Made by a program: the position numbers and the translations under genes. From Amoebophrya sp. A120 (lineage: Eukaryota; Protista; Dinoflagellata): a stretch of DNA of 64,000 bases. Each line of letters begins with the position of its first letter. The stretch's first letter is position 1. Under the pieces are notes generated by a model. That model worked only from the letters and a program-made list of their open reading frames with translations, did no database searches and was not told the origin of the DNA. This document shows positions 1 to 12,789 of this stretch, piece after piece. The DNA lies in NCBI GenBank assembly GCA_905178155.1, contig CAJINV010000002.1, positions 9,616,650-9,680,649 of the forward strand. The letters run 5' to 3'.

Positions 1-3000
1 GCACCGGACTCGCTGACGTTGTTACCACCGCTGCGAATCAACCGTCACGTTTGAACTGGGAAGTGGTATCGGACGCCGGTTCCACCAAAGTGCCGGCGAC
101 CACTCGCGGCTTCAGTGTGAGCCCGGTCGGTTTGAATCCTTCCCTGGGTGGCGGGAAGGTTGGCTGTTACGTCAACGTCAAAAATGACGCCGTGTCCGGC
201 GAGGTTTTGAGCGCTGTCGCCACGCGCACCGCTTCCTACGCGAAGAACATGGACGCGAAAGCCCGGTCCGTCTGTCTGCGGAGCCAGGTCTGCAGTTCCG
301 GGACGTACGAAGTCTTACCGCCGGGACGCCAGTGCGCGTACGGGTTTGCAGCGAAGGTTTCGACAACAGGAGCGAATACGTTCGCGCACGTGGAAGCCGA
401 GATCTATTCGGACTGCTTAGTGTCGTTGGGGCCTATCGGCAGCGGGATGGATCTGCAGCGGCATGTGGACCCGTTGTCGACTGCGGGTGATGTGGTGATT
501 GACGCGCGAACCATGCAGGTGGCCGTGATCGCGACAGACGGGATACCCGGTTTGTACCAACACGCCGTGTGCCACCGCGTTCTGCCATGTGGCGACAAAA
601 ACGTGGAAGTGCTTCCCTACGGCTCACAGTGCGCGGTGGATTTCCTTACCAGCGCCGTCGCTTTGACCACGACCACGCTCACTGCCCTGGAAAGCGATAT
701 CAAAGGCTCCTGTTTCAAGCAGAGTAACTTTGTTAATTTTAATACGACATTTGATGCAAACTTGTTGGACACCGCCACTGGGACCGCCTTCTGGGCAGCT
801 CAGGCAGCCGGCCGACCTGGTCACGTGGCACTCCGACAGCAGGCAGCGGGTTCCATCGACACTATGACCCTGGACCAGCGCGTAGAGGATTATCCGATTT
901 GTCTCACCTCGCGGCAGTGTACGGATGCCACGGTCGCCGGTGCCACAGTGCCGGCGGAGATTCTTTCCCCGGGGCAGACGTCGTGCAAGTCCGGCGCCCA
1001 AGGCGGGTTCGAGTTGAATGCAGTAGAGTGTGCCGGTGTGCGTACGGCTTGCGGTGTGCTGGGCTCTGAGATGGAGGTGTTCCATCGGGATGACATGCCG
1101 CTCGGGTGCAGCGTGCTGGGGAATTTTGCCGCAGTGCAAACTGGCGACGAGGAAAGCACGGTGTTGGTTTACAATTATGGCGGTGCACTTTACAAGTCCA
1201 AGAAAATTTTGCCGCGTTTGATGGAAAACAAGCTGAAAACCCGCCGAGTGTGCCGCCGCGATTCGACGCCAGGGGCGACTTCCGCGCATACCTGTGCGCA
1301 CGACCTTGCCCGGCTCCTGCAGTACGCCCCGCAACCGGGAATGTCGGACCGCGCGAGCATGGTCGTGTCGAAGACAGTATTCCGTGTGAGAACGTTCGCC
1401 TCCCACATTCATATTTTCATATTTTCTCTTCACCAGTCCCAGTCGCTCGCTCGGAGTAAGAAAAAGAATAAAGTAGGGAGTACCTCCTGAGTGATATTTT
1501 CATTTTCCATGTAGGTCCGTCTCGGTAGCAGGAGCAGGAGCATGAAGGTGTGCGATGCGCGCACCCGAGAGAGGTACCTACTGTGTCGCACAGTGGCCTT
1601 GGAGTGCTCTTGCATTCAGCTTTTGTGTTTATTCATGCTCTAATCCTCGCAATCGTTCGGGATCAGAAAGTAGCTCTGAGATGCTGGCAAACTACTCGCT
1701 AATCGAGACGACTGCGCCTCTGCAGGCCGAAACTTGTCATTTAGAGCCTGCAGAGTTTGCTTGGGATGGGTTTTCGGTTTTTATTCCTTACATCCAAACT
1801 TAGACTTAGATCTTGATCGTGTCTATGTTAAGGGGGGACGTTTTCGCATAGGATAAGTTGCGGGCTCGCCCGCCGCCGAAGTGGGTGTTGCAAGTCAGTA
1901 CTATAAGACCGGCGGGACCAACACGCTCGTTCATTTCGTTCTTCTGGATCGCAACCCTCTTCCGGCGTACGAGGGGTGCATGGATGTCGTGAGCTTCGCC
2001 GTTGGAACAGCATCTTTGACAGATGTCGCCTTCACGGGTACGGCGACACCTCGCTCAGCATCTTACGTAGCCTCAGAAAAAGGCGTCTCTTCGATGTGTG
2101 GCAAGACTGAGCTTGTTCAACGTGTTGCATGTGACGTTCCGCACTCTTTTTTTCGATCTCTGAAGATGAAAAGTGCAAAGTTTCGTCGCAGTCGTGATTG
2201 TATGTGGCACGAGGAGAGTGATCCTAACCCACTTCGTGATATGGAAATGTGAGTGCCTGCGACGCAATAAAGAACTAGCGCCCATTAATATTTTGCCAAA
2301 CGAAAAGCAAATCAAAAGCAGCGCACGTCGTACAAAGCTCTGTCTTTGTCCCTAGACATTTTTTTTTCGTTTGATAATTAGTAAACACGCAAGCGAAAAC
2401 CTCTAACAACGGGTTCGCAGTTTACCGGCCCAACCTCGCTTATGACGCCACCGCGATGACTGGGACCGTCACCGCATCCCCTGTCGTTTTGTACTACAAG
2501 TTCGATGTAGCTACGAATGCATTGAAGACCGAACTTGCCGTCTTCACAAACAAGTGCGTGTCCATGGCGCATGTCACACTTGGGTTCAAATTTTTGAACG
2601 CTGCCAGTGGAACTGTTGTTGCTTACACCGTTTTGGATGACAAGTTCTACACTGTGCAGGCCCTGACAGGTTCGCAAGACACCCTGGTGATGACGTTCTA
2701 CACGGATAACCTGTGCGAGGTGCCATTCAGCGCGGCAGGGGCTCTTACGGGTGGCGTACGTCAATGACGATTGAAGCATCCAATTCAAAAGTGGCTTTCT
2801 GCATGTCGATGCTTTTTCTGCTGCAATTAATCGATAGATAAGGAAGTAGAAGGTGAGGGTCGTCTGTTGGTGCATAGCAAAATCCTTGTAGTGTTTGCCC
2901 TTGCGAAGTGATCATCAAGAGCTTTAGTGTAGTGGAATGTTGACGAGAGGGGCGCTCGAATATGCCGAATCAATTCACAAATTAGGAGAGATGCCACTTG

Positions 3001-6000
3001 CATCCTGAGCTTTTGAAGATAAACACAGACGTGTCTCTTGCTTGCTTCCGGTAGATGGTGGAAGCATCGATGTGTTACATGCAATTATTGCCAGTTTTGG
3101 ATGGACAAGATTTTTTGTTTGCAGAGATCACGGCTACGGATGTGCCGTCCTTCTCGGAGCAAGTTCCATCACAAGTGTACCGCATTGAAGATCGCCCGTA
3201 CGCTTGAACTCGAAAGCATTTGCATCGCAAAGCTTCCCAACGTAAACATTCAGTATCTTGTGCATGCTCGCAACACAAAAACAAATCCTCGCCACGAATG
3301 GAAGCAAAAACTTGTTGGAAAAAGACTCACCAAGATCGGGACTTGTTACCCAGGGGCAACAAGCTGTTTGCCTCACCTAGAATCTCAAGCCAAAAAGCCC
3401 CCCTAGCTGCATTTGTTGCGTCACTTTTTGTCTACCTTCACGCATACCACTACCCCGAGGGGTGATGGATCCCGAAAAAAATGCGAGACAAATGATGTGA
3501 GGATAATGGCGAAAAAAACTTCGGATTCGGGGCGCTCGAGGGTGTTGGTGGTGGCTTCGGTCGGCTCGACTGCGCGACCTGGAAGCCTGGCGGAAAGGGT
3601 TCCAAAGGGTTGCATTTGTAGTCGCGCTCGGGTCAGCAAGACAAAAGGTTTTCATTTGTGGTTATCTCACAGGTTGCGGTTGTGGTTGTGTGCGAATTAG
3701 CAAGACAGGAAGTTATTTCCGCTGGAAGCTTTGCATCAGAAACTTGTCGTAGTTCTGGGTGTCTGGGTGCGCTTTTTCTGTCCGATAAAGTCGAGTTCGC
3801 GGTCACTGGCTCGTTGATATCACGTAGAAAGAGCAGTGTCCGGCTCCCGTTGCCTACTTACAGCAATTCACAGGGAACACAGGAGATCCGTTCCATCTCT
3901 GTCTTTGAATGTGTATGCATGATGAAGACAACTTCGCGTGTTGCGTAGCGCTTGCGAGAAAGTACATTGCGTCCTTTCGGAACAAATGCATGATTTTGGA
4001 CGAAAGCGAAGCTCTTCTTCCGCGAAAGGCAGTGCCTCAGGCTGAATCTGGGCGTGGTAATCGGACACTCTCTTTTTTTGGCGATCGCTTGCTGCAAACG
4101 CTGGAATCAATTACGTTGACGAAAAATTCCAGACGAGACGTGTGGCCGTTTCGAAAACCAAAAACGTTTTTCAGGTACCGTTTCTCGCCACTCCAGCGGG
4201 TGTTACTTAGTGCTTTTGTTCGGATAACTCTGCTGGCTGTAGTGATCCTCTTGTACTATTGTTTGATTCTGCGGTGCCAGCGGAAAAAAAGCGATGCAAG
4301 TTGGTCTCTAGCAGCAGGTCTTTATATTGTGTCTATGCGCCGCAGATGCACATGCAATTGCAAAGCGAGCAAAAGCGATGCCTAACGAGCAAAATCCTGA
4401 GGGAGAAGGAGTACTTACCAAAAATCATTCGCCCCGACTCTTGATGTGCAAGATGTCCATGACGATGTCTGACAAGTGTATCCCGCCATACTCAAGGGGA
4501 CCGTGTCGTGTACTCATTACTCTTTCTTATGGAGATTCGCGGCAAAGAAGTTCTTCTATCCGCCCGCTCCTCTTTGAGTTCGTGTGGGCTGCGATCACCA
4601 TCGGGAGCTCACCAGCATGCGAACCTACTTGAAAACGTCGGGCTTTTGATAGCTCTGCATCACACGACCTATTTATTTTCTTTTTTAACTTATATAGAAA
4701 TGATTTGCTATTTATCCTCACTCTCTCACTTGAAATACTTATACGATTCACTGCACAATCAGGGAGCCTAGGAGGGCCACTGGAACTTAGTACAAGAAAA
4801 TAACATCCACAGGTCTTCAAGTACAGTACCAGCACTCCATGTACGACTGCCCTGGTACCATGCCGAAAAATGCGCGTCCGCCACAGTAAGTATCTATTTC
4901 TCTGTCATGCGTCTGTATAGAAGAAATTCAGTTCACCTTGTCGTCCCAAAGAAGATGCTGCGGCACAGCATGCGCGCACGACGCAAGCAGCCAAACCTTT
5001 GGAGCTTTCAGCTCGATGGGCGCTGGCCAGTCGCAATGATTTTGGCCCAGGTCTGCTTCCATGCCGTCGTTCGGCGGGTCGGGCTAAGGTGGCTTCCAAG
5101 GACCTCGCCCGAAGTGCGGCCCCATGGCGTGTTTCGTGTGGCGATTACTTACGTAGTTCGCGGATCTGACTACCCTGCCGAGGCCTCTCGGTGGCTACTT
5201 ATATATTTCGTAGAAAAATAGATACTGCGGCGGCTGCGCAAGCATTTTGCGGTCTGATACATTGATACGGCGGCGTCTGAAGTTTTTCAAATTGGCGACA
5301 AGTTTTCTGTCAAGTTGCCGGCGAGTCCGGTTTCCGCGGAAACTCCGGCGTTGGAGCAGCTGCCGCACTCCTGTTTTTCGCAAAACGTGTGGGACGCGAC
5401 GAACCAAAGCACCTGCAAGACCAACGCTTGCTACACCGCCGTCGCCAACTACATGACCAGCTGCGGCACAAGCGTGGAAATGCAGGCCCTTGCCGAGAAG
5501 AAGGCCACTTGCGTATGAAAATGAAAGGAATTCCTGCTTCCCGACACCCTCCAATGTTAAGCCTTTGTTCCGTGGCATGACACGGCAGCAGGAACGCACC
5601 TCAGAGTCACACGCCCTTGCTACTGCCCTGGTACGGCAGGGCGTGACTGACAGATCTTGTTGACAACGGCTCGTTACAGTACTCGAGGAGTTTTCAAAGA
5701 TGGCCGCTGCATGCGTGAAGGGCTTTGTTGATGTTGCATGAATAACTGTAGCTATAGCTACCTCGCTCGGTTGGAAGACGTTTGCTCCATCGCGGTCGTT
5801 TCGAGTGTACATGCATTTTTCGCGTATCTGCATCCGATCCTCTCCGACATGTCCTTACCCCTGAAGAACTATTAATTTATCACGCTTTCTCGGCCACATC
5901 TCCCCTGGATGATTGTTCGCACTATTTAGTTGCCTCGTCTGAAGAACAGAACTACCGATGAATGAGAGGGTGAACAATAGGGAAGCAGGGACGTCGACGT

Positions 6001-8538
6001 TTGTTTCATACTGCGACGCGTCCACGCCGGTTACTACGCCGGCCCCCCAAACTTGTTTCGCCAGCGATGGAAAGCTGCAGGTTTCCGGCACGTGCTACAC
6101 GTGCCAGACCTCGGCCGGGGGGGCTCTGGTGCCGTGCACCTGTCCGCCGGGTCAGTACCTGGCGCAACCCGCCACGGGCACCGTCGCTTCCTGTGCTCCG
6201 ATTCCGGCAGGGTATTACCAGCCGTCTGCGGGCATTCACTTTGGCATGGGAACCGCTGCCACCAGTGGGATCCCGTGTGCGAACGGCGAGTACCAGGACA
6301 TGACCGGCCAGACTTCGTGCAAGAAGTGCCCCGTTTATGCAATGTAAATTTCCTGTACATGTACAGAATGCATGACAGATTTCGCTAACTTGCTGTGTCC
6401 AACTTGTCATGCTACACTAGGATTGAAGGCAAGTTTTGTCATGGAGAGACTGCATTTGTACATGTACAGGAAATTTACTGTGGATACCGTTGTCGGATCC
6501 ACCACCAGCCCCGCGAGTGGCGCCACCGCCGCCACTGCGTGCGTCCCGCCGCCGACGACCGCCGCACCCACGGAAACGACCACCGCTAATCCGGTGTTTT
6601 CCGCTGTGGACCACACGCACTCGGTCACCGTGGAGGATTCCGGCGATGAGGAGCTGCGTACCTGGACGATCGTCGGGTTTGTCGTGCTGGGTTTGCTGGT
6701 GGTGGCCATGTTCGGGTGCATGCTCTCGCGCGGCCCGGGCGGCGGCGGCAACGCGGCCATGAGCGGGGCGCCCCAGCTGTCCCGTCAGGCGTCCGCGGGC
6801 CCCGGGATGCTGAAGGGCTCGATGATGATGAAGGGCAAGTCCTCGATGAAGGGCGCCGGCAAGTCGGGCATGATGTCGAAGGGCTACAAGTCGGGCATGA
6901 AGGGCCTCGAGTCCAGCGGCGAGGAGTCCGTGGAAATGGCCAACTGGAAGGGGGGGAAGCGCAGCGGCAGCGGCTCCACGCCCCGTGGCATATCAAATGC
7001 AAAAATGTCTGGGTCTGGAAACTTGTGATGCTGTGTGGCGTATCATGAGGAGGCGACAATTGCTGGCTCAGCATGACAAGTTTCTGAGCTCCTAGGTGTT
7101 GCCTATTCTGCATGACAAACTACGTTTCTGCATGACAGAATAACCCAACAAGGCAACACTGGAGCTCCACCTTGCTCGAGGGCTTGGATGGTAAATCAGG
7201 TCAGCCACATCTAGCGCCCACTGGCCGTACTCATGCGTAAGCAATCGCAAGCGGTTCGGCGGATGCGGTCGGGTGGTACCTGTAGGACGTGGAACGGGTG
7301 TCCACCTAGGGGTATTGGCAGAGGCTAAATCTGTTCTAACGCCACGGTATTGGCAGAGGCTAAATCTGTTCTAACGCCACCCTGACAGGAGTCAAATGTC
7401 AAAACAACAACAACATGCATGACAGAAAAGTGGGGCTCTTTGGTAATGTGCATGACAGATTTAAGAGTCATACCAGACAAGCATGACAAACTTGCATTCT
7501 TCCAGACCCAGACATTTTTACATTTGATACGGCAAGGGCAGCTACAAGAAGGGCGGCTCCAAGAAGAAGGGCGCCAGCATATCCTGACAAAAATGCCCGC
7601 CTCGTCCGAATCATTCAAAAGAAGAGTTCATCTAATATATGGATTTGCGCACGTTGTAAATTTGTCTTGCATACAGCGAAAGCTGCAATAAGAAGAGTTA
7701 GTACCCCCGGGAGGTGCATGAAGATTCATTCTGTGGGCGGTCTGTGTTCTTGCGTTTGTGCCTACAGCAGCGAGGTCACTAGTCTTGCTCGGCTGCTAGT
7801 ACACACCTGGTAAAAATGCCTCGTAAGCAACGCGACCATTGTGCTATACAGAACTGCTCTATGACGTACTTAATTTACACAAATGTGCGTCGCAAGTTTC
7901 CGACTTTAGTACGTCGGCGAGGGCGGTTTTTTCACTTTGATGCCGCATCTACTCCGAGGACGACGATGATGTGACGGCGTCCGACCGCTCAGAAACCCCG
8001 CGTTCGGGATATCAAATTGAAAAGCGCCCCGCCCTCGGAGGTTGCAATAAGTGACTCACCTGTAGTACTTTTTTTTGCATGAGGCTTTATCTGAATGCAA
8101 AATGACGCTGTTTCCACCATGCATGAGAGGACCGCCACACTACACAGCCAAGCTTGATGGTTGTCCAGCTTGTGCTAGGTGCGGTAAGCAGGAGCGTCGC
8201 TTTCCATGAGAAGCGCAGCTCTTGTCCCGGGCCTTGTTGCGATAGAGCTTTACAGTATCCACTCGCCCTTAAGATTTGTATGTGCTCTTGTTATAGTACA
8301 TGTGCAAAATGGCTGCAAATGCTTCAGGTTTGCGGTTCAAGATGAAAGACCCCCCATGGTGGGGTCGTGGGACGCTTTTCAATTTGATAGCGGCAGATCG
8401 GGCTCCAACTCGAGCCGCAAGGGCAAGAGCGGCAAGAAGGGGAAGGGCAAGTCGGGCAAGAAGCCGTCGGCGGATGCCCGCGCTGGCTCCGGGTCGCGCA
8501 GGAAGAAGGCGGGCAGCGGCAGTGGCCGGGACGACTAG
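1..8538 (+). CDS. Large multi-exon Cys-rich single-pass surface protein (GCC2/GCC3 / ephrin-receptor-like Cys repeat, TM helix, Lys/Gly/Ser-rich tail); 5' end probably outside window; exons between ~2760 and ~5950 unresolved
   Basis: ORFs 51-1490, 1881-2252, 2456-2767, 5958-6347 (CTCPPGQY..CAPIPAGYY..CANGEYQDMTGQTSCKKCP) and 6372-7028 (TM WTIVGFVVLGLLVVAMFGCML). Removing introners at 1378, 2068, 6336, 6991, 7580 and 8010 joins neighbouring exons in frame; the last exon ends ...GSGSGRDD* at 8538. Linkage across the unresolved middle is assumed. Confidence 0.6.
1378..1855. mobile_element. Decayed TIR introner (non-canonical intron 1377-1859)
   Basis: Left TATTCCGTGTGAGAACGTTC vs right GGACGTTTTCGCATAGGATA; removal gives in-frame KT|AGSPAAEVGVASQYY. 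Confidence 0.7.
2068..2376. mobile_element. Decayed TIR introner
   Basis: TAGCCTCAGAAAAAGGCGTCT / AGACATTTTTTTTTCGTTTGATA; removal joins SY|VNTQAK...AMTGTVT in frame with ORF 2456. Confidence 0.55.
6336..6486. mobile_element. TIR introner, perfect 5-bp TSD CCGTT
   Basis: TATGCAATGTAAATTTCCTGTACATGTACA / TGTACATGTACAGGAAATTTACTGTGGATA; joins CKKCPV|VGSTTS. Confidence 0.9.
6991..7529. mobile_element. Family A introner carrying a nested retroposon-like insert
   Basis: TIR TATCAAATGCAAAAATGTCTGGGTCTGGAA / TTCCAGACCCAGACATTTTTACATTTGATA; TSD TGGCA/CGGCA; joins TPRG|KGSYKKGG. Confidence 0.92.
7141..7415 (+). mobile_element. Short (5'-truncated) non-LTR retroposon-like insert inside introner
   Basis: Flanked by 12-bp direct repeat TGCATGACAGAA (7129-7140, 7416-7427), ends in (AAC)n; homologous to 17938-18210 including tandem GGTATTGGCAGAGGCTAAATCTGTTCTAACGCC x2. 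Confidence 0.8.
7580..7942. mobile_element. Decayed TIR introner
   Basis: TATCCTGACAAAAATGCCCGCCTCG / CGAGGGCGGTTTTTTCACTTTGATG; TSD CAGCA/CCGCA; joins KGAS|IYSEDDDD. Confidence 0.7.
8010..8389. mobile_element. TIR introner
   Basis: TATCAAATTGAAAAGCGCCCC / GGGACGCTTTTCAATTTGATA; joins ETPRSG|RSGSNSS in frame. Confidence 0.8.
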
Positions 8539-11500
8539 ATGAAGCTACGGGAGGTCGTCACTAGCCTGAGATTGTCTCGGGCTTTTTTTCTTACCGAAAT
8601 GTAGTTCATTTAGTATGTTTATGTACACACAATCTGAAGAAGATCACCGCGCATTAACACAAGTGGAAGTTGTTGACAATCAAACCAGATCTTTCTACTA
8701 GAGTACAGTAATTACTTATCAAAAATCCATCAATTTGTTTGAAAGAGAGAGCGCCATTCTGTTTGCAGCCTAAGTTAGAAGTGCGCGACTCCTCACAGAA
8801 CGACACAAACCGCCCCGTCCGCCCCGAAAAAAATGGGCGCACCGAAAGTAAGTATCCGGTTAAATTGCGCAAATGAACAGTACGACTTGCATTGACCACA
8901 GCAGAAGTACAATTTTGTAATGGGAGTTTCTATCGTTGTAAATTTTTAAACTCACCTAAGTTCGGCATTTGAATTTCTCGTCCCTCTCGATCATGATTTA
9001 TCGGCCTTTTTGACCACGTTTAGCATAACATACTTGTATCCATTTCAATTTATTTCTATTATTCCTTTCTTTCCGCGCTCGAAAAGCAAATCAAAATCGT
9101 ACTACATTTCAAGCACAACCTGCACCGACAAATTTCGACAGGACGGATAAGTAAAAACCTATTATAGCCGTTGCCGCGCACGTTGACCGACGGAACTACT
9201 ACGTGTATCGCCACCCAACGCATCGCATCTGCTGCAAAGAGGTGCAAATACGTATCCAGAGCGAAAAACCTACCCACGTCCGCTCCGTTATGCTGCATGC
9301 AGATTTGCGCTTTTAGCAGGAGCAATTGTATTGGGTTGCGTTATTTTGTATTTGTGGTTGGGATGGGGAACATGCTCCAATTTGTGTCATAAGGAAAGCC
9401 CGTGCTTGCTCATCCATGACACTTCTACACTAGTGACTGAGCTTGCTCATCGGCGCGGCTCTCTAGACGAAAACTTGTCATGATGCCCAACTCGCAACAG
9501 CTTTATAAAAATATATTGACTGCTCGTCCGGGGTCGTGGGTACGTTTGTCGTCGGGATAAGGAGTAAGTACATCGATAACAGGCGGAAAAACGTGGAGTT
9601 TCTTTAAAAGAACATTAACTACTTTTTGCGGCTTTTTGTTTTGACCTCATTCATCTTGCTCGTTATTTCCTTTGTACTTTTATTGTATCGTTATTTTTTC
9701 AATCGAAGAATCGCATGTCATTTAGCTCTACACTACGCATTTACGTTCTTGAGGTTTTCCCTATCTATCACCCGTTGACTAGAAGATGACGAACTAGTAT
9801 CGCTACCGGAGGACCATGTCGTGGCGGGCGCACACTACAATGCTTATGATCTAAGTAGAGCACCACCTGTTGTTGAGATCGTCAACTAACAACTTTCTTC
9901 CGCGCCCTCTCGGCCGGAAAAGGACAGGTGGAACAATGCTTATTATCGTAGATGCACCGGCAAATGTACAAAGCAGTACGCTCTTCATGTCACTATCACT
10001 CATGCAGTAGAAGAAGACTGTTGCACTTTCACTTACAGTGGGGGAGCAGCTGCTCAGAATAACTACCAACGGTGCCCGCGAGAAGTGATAGCGCTTGAAG
10101 TGTACTGTAGCTGTTAAATGAGTAACATGTCGGAAGTATTTTTGTAGTTTTGTGCCTCGTTGCAATTATAACGCCGATGCAGCTATTGTCGCTGCAGTCA
10201 CAAAATTAGTCACCCAACAGACTATTTCTCCGATGGTAAAGAAGCCTACGCAATCATCTCATGTCGAAAAAGAGTTCTTTTTTCACACAGCACGATGCGC
10301 CAGCTCTTTGTCTCACCCCGCGCTTCTAGTACAGCATTGCAGTAAGAATTACATAGATCTCACCTAGCAACTACGAGTACGACCCCGATTTGAAGCAGTA
10401 CCCCAAGGGTTCCGATCGCAGCAGAACAAATAGAGTTCGTTAAAAGTTGTACATGCTCCTGGAGGTGGCCGCAGATGCACAGGTACTTACTTCGAGTTGT
10501 ACCTATGTCCTGCTAGTGAAAGACCCACCAAGATAAAAGTATCGAACTGTGGTGCCGTCCTCTACTTTGCGCGAGTTGACTTTCGTCAACCGCCCTGGAG
10601 ACGAAGGATAAGTCTTGGAACCGTTTTTACACAACTACCATCTCTGGAAGCTTTTTTACTGTTGCGTCGGAGTCCGTGATATTAAGATTGTAAAAAAAGG
10701 CGACAGGCAGCATCAGCAACACACAAGGGAACCCCTCGAGGTGGTCCGGCCGATGAGCATTTCTTGAGAACTACAAGCGAAACAGGGCAGCGTCAAGCTG
10801 CACTGCCCAAGTCCAGGTCCTTGCGCATCCCGGGGCTGCGTGGTACGCGTCAAGCTTCCTGTTTTTCGAGCCACGCTATCCCGAATGCGGTAGGATCACT
10901 CGGACTAGGACGTAGGATTCGCATGAATGCATATTCGCGCACGGAAAACTTCTCCGTCCGTCCCGAAACTCATTTTTTTTTCACCCGTCGACTCCTGCTT
11001 ACTTTATTTTTTTCAGTCTTTGCGCTGCTTGCAGACCTTCTACTCGCACATTTACAGCGTGTCTTAATTGTTATTTTTAGCTCATTTTAAGAGTCAGTTC
11101 TACGTGTACCCACTCAATGAGGCCGAAGGAGTGGCGAAGGCTTCGTCAGGCGTGCTGGACTTCCTCGACTGACGAAACAAACATGAGTAGAAAAAAGTGC
11201 CTGGCTCCATGCAGCTTTTCATGCTATCCTGGCAAGTAGAAGAGAAGGCTCTGTGCTGCCTAAGGCTGCTTGTGCAGTACTTTCTTTGACTGACACCAAC
11301 ACTAACAATATGATAAAAAACGAAGAGAAATTATAGTAACAGGAGGCGACTTGTTGATCTTGATGCCAGATTAGGTAGTACTTTATTCACCTTCCTGGTG
11401 CCGCTTATTTCGATTTCCTAATCAAACTCGCTCGACGCCGCAGCATTGCGGCGGTCGCGCCAGAAAAAGTTAAGGGGCCACACGGATCGATGATATTGCA

Positions 11501-12789
11501 AACGTCTTGATGCTGCTCAATATATGTCGTTCAAAAAAGAAAAACGCGCCGAGTGTGTGGAAACGGGGCGCCTGCTCCTTGCCGAGAAGTGGGTAGAAGT
11601 TCGGCCAGTGTTCGTCTAAGAATCCACACGCAAGCTTCCCAGCAGTTCGCGAAGTGTTTGATGAAAGGTCGAGTACAGAATGTTTGTGTTTCTGCACTTA
11701 ATCGGTCATATTGAGGTAGTACTTTTAGCACAACTAGTTTGGACTAGTGTGGTCGCGCAACGAGAAGCGCGCCGCCGTTAGCTGTTTCTAGCACGGCGCG
11801 TCTAAGTCTATAATCTAAGGTCGCCACATAGCTAAAGTGCTAAAAGTCGTCAGGTCTATGTCTAATTGTGGGAAATAAAGTTAATCGCAATTCTTACTGT
11901 GCCTCACGCCGTTCCCCCGCCCCAGTGCCAGCTGTGCAGCCAGCCGGGCAGCTAGGAGAAGCAACTGGGGTGCAGTGTGCGGTGGAGTGGCTGTTGAACG
12001 CATATTCGAAATCGAATCATGATCATGTGAAATGGAATGCAAATCCAAAGCTAACGACATCAGCCCGCTTTTGGGTCTGCGGTTCTTTGGCGATAGGAAC
12101 TTTTGGTCAAGTCAAAAAGTAGTCAAAGTACATCAATATCAATACTTAGGTTGAACTTGAGTGCAGAATGACCGCCAAAGTGGTTGATTGAAGCTCGATC
12201 GCGCAAGATTATGTCGACGTAGCGTTTTCGCCAGGAACACGGCCGGCACCTGGCTTCACTGCCGCCTTGCTGTAGTTCAAGAAGTAAGTAGCCGGTTCGT
12301 GATGTAAATCAGGTACAACACGGGGGCAGATTCATCACCATGTTGTTGCGCGGTTGTAAGACCGCCCCTCAGTTCGCCTCATGGCCGGTTCCGTACGGCC
12401 CGCGCGACTGTCGTACGAGCCAACGGATTAGTATATCATGTGGAAAAATTGTACAATTTGTCAACTATCTCATGCTTTCGCGACGCGACGGACACAGATC
12501 ACGTCTCCTCAAGTACTAGCACGTTTCTCTAGTGAACGGAAAAGAGCCGTCGGCTGGCTTTGTCTTTGTTCCGAAGTCTATCATCAAAGGAGCATCTCCA
12601 TTACGGGGACTCATTTACATTTGCCGCCCGCATGTAAGAAAATTTAATCGAAGCGCTTGCCGAGGAGAAAAAGAAATACTGCGGCACTTCGTTGTCTGCC
12701 AGGTGCATTTGTTTCTCCCCTCGCGTCACGCCATCTGCGATGTGGGCAAAAAATGGGGCTAACTTTATTGTCGCGGTCTGTGTACTAGC

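Noticed and set aside
624-1433. Long minus-strand ORFs (also 14647-15168, 48338-49141, 50144-50998, 54968-55723)
   Set aside because: Antisense shadows of GC-rich + strand exons.
8600-12700. Genes, tRNA/snRNA or dinoflagellate spliced-leader sequence in the intergenic gap
   Set aside because: Only short ORFs without recognisable motifs; no cloverleaf or CCGTAGCCATTTTGGCTCAAG match noticed by eye.
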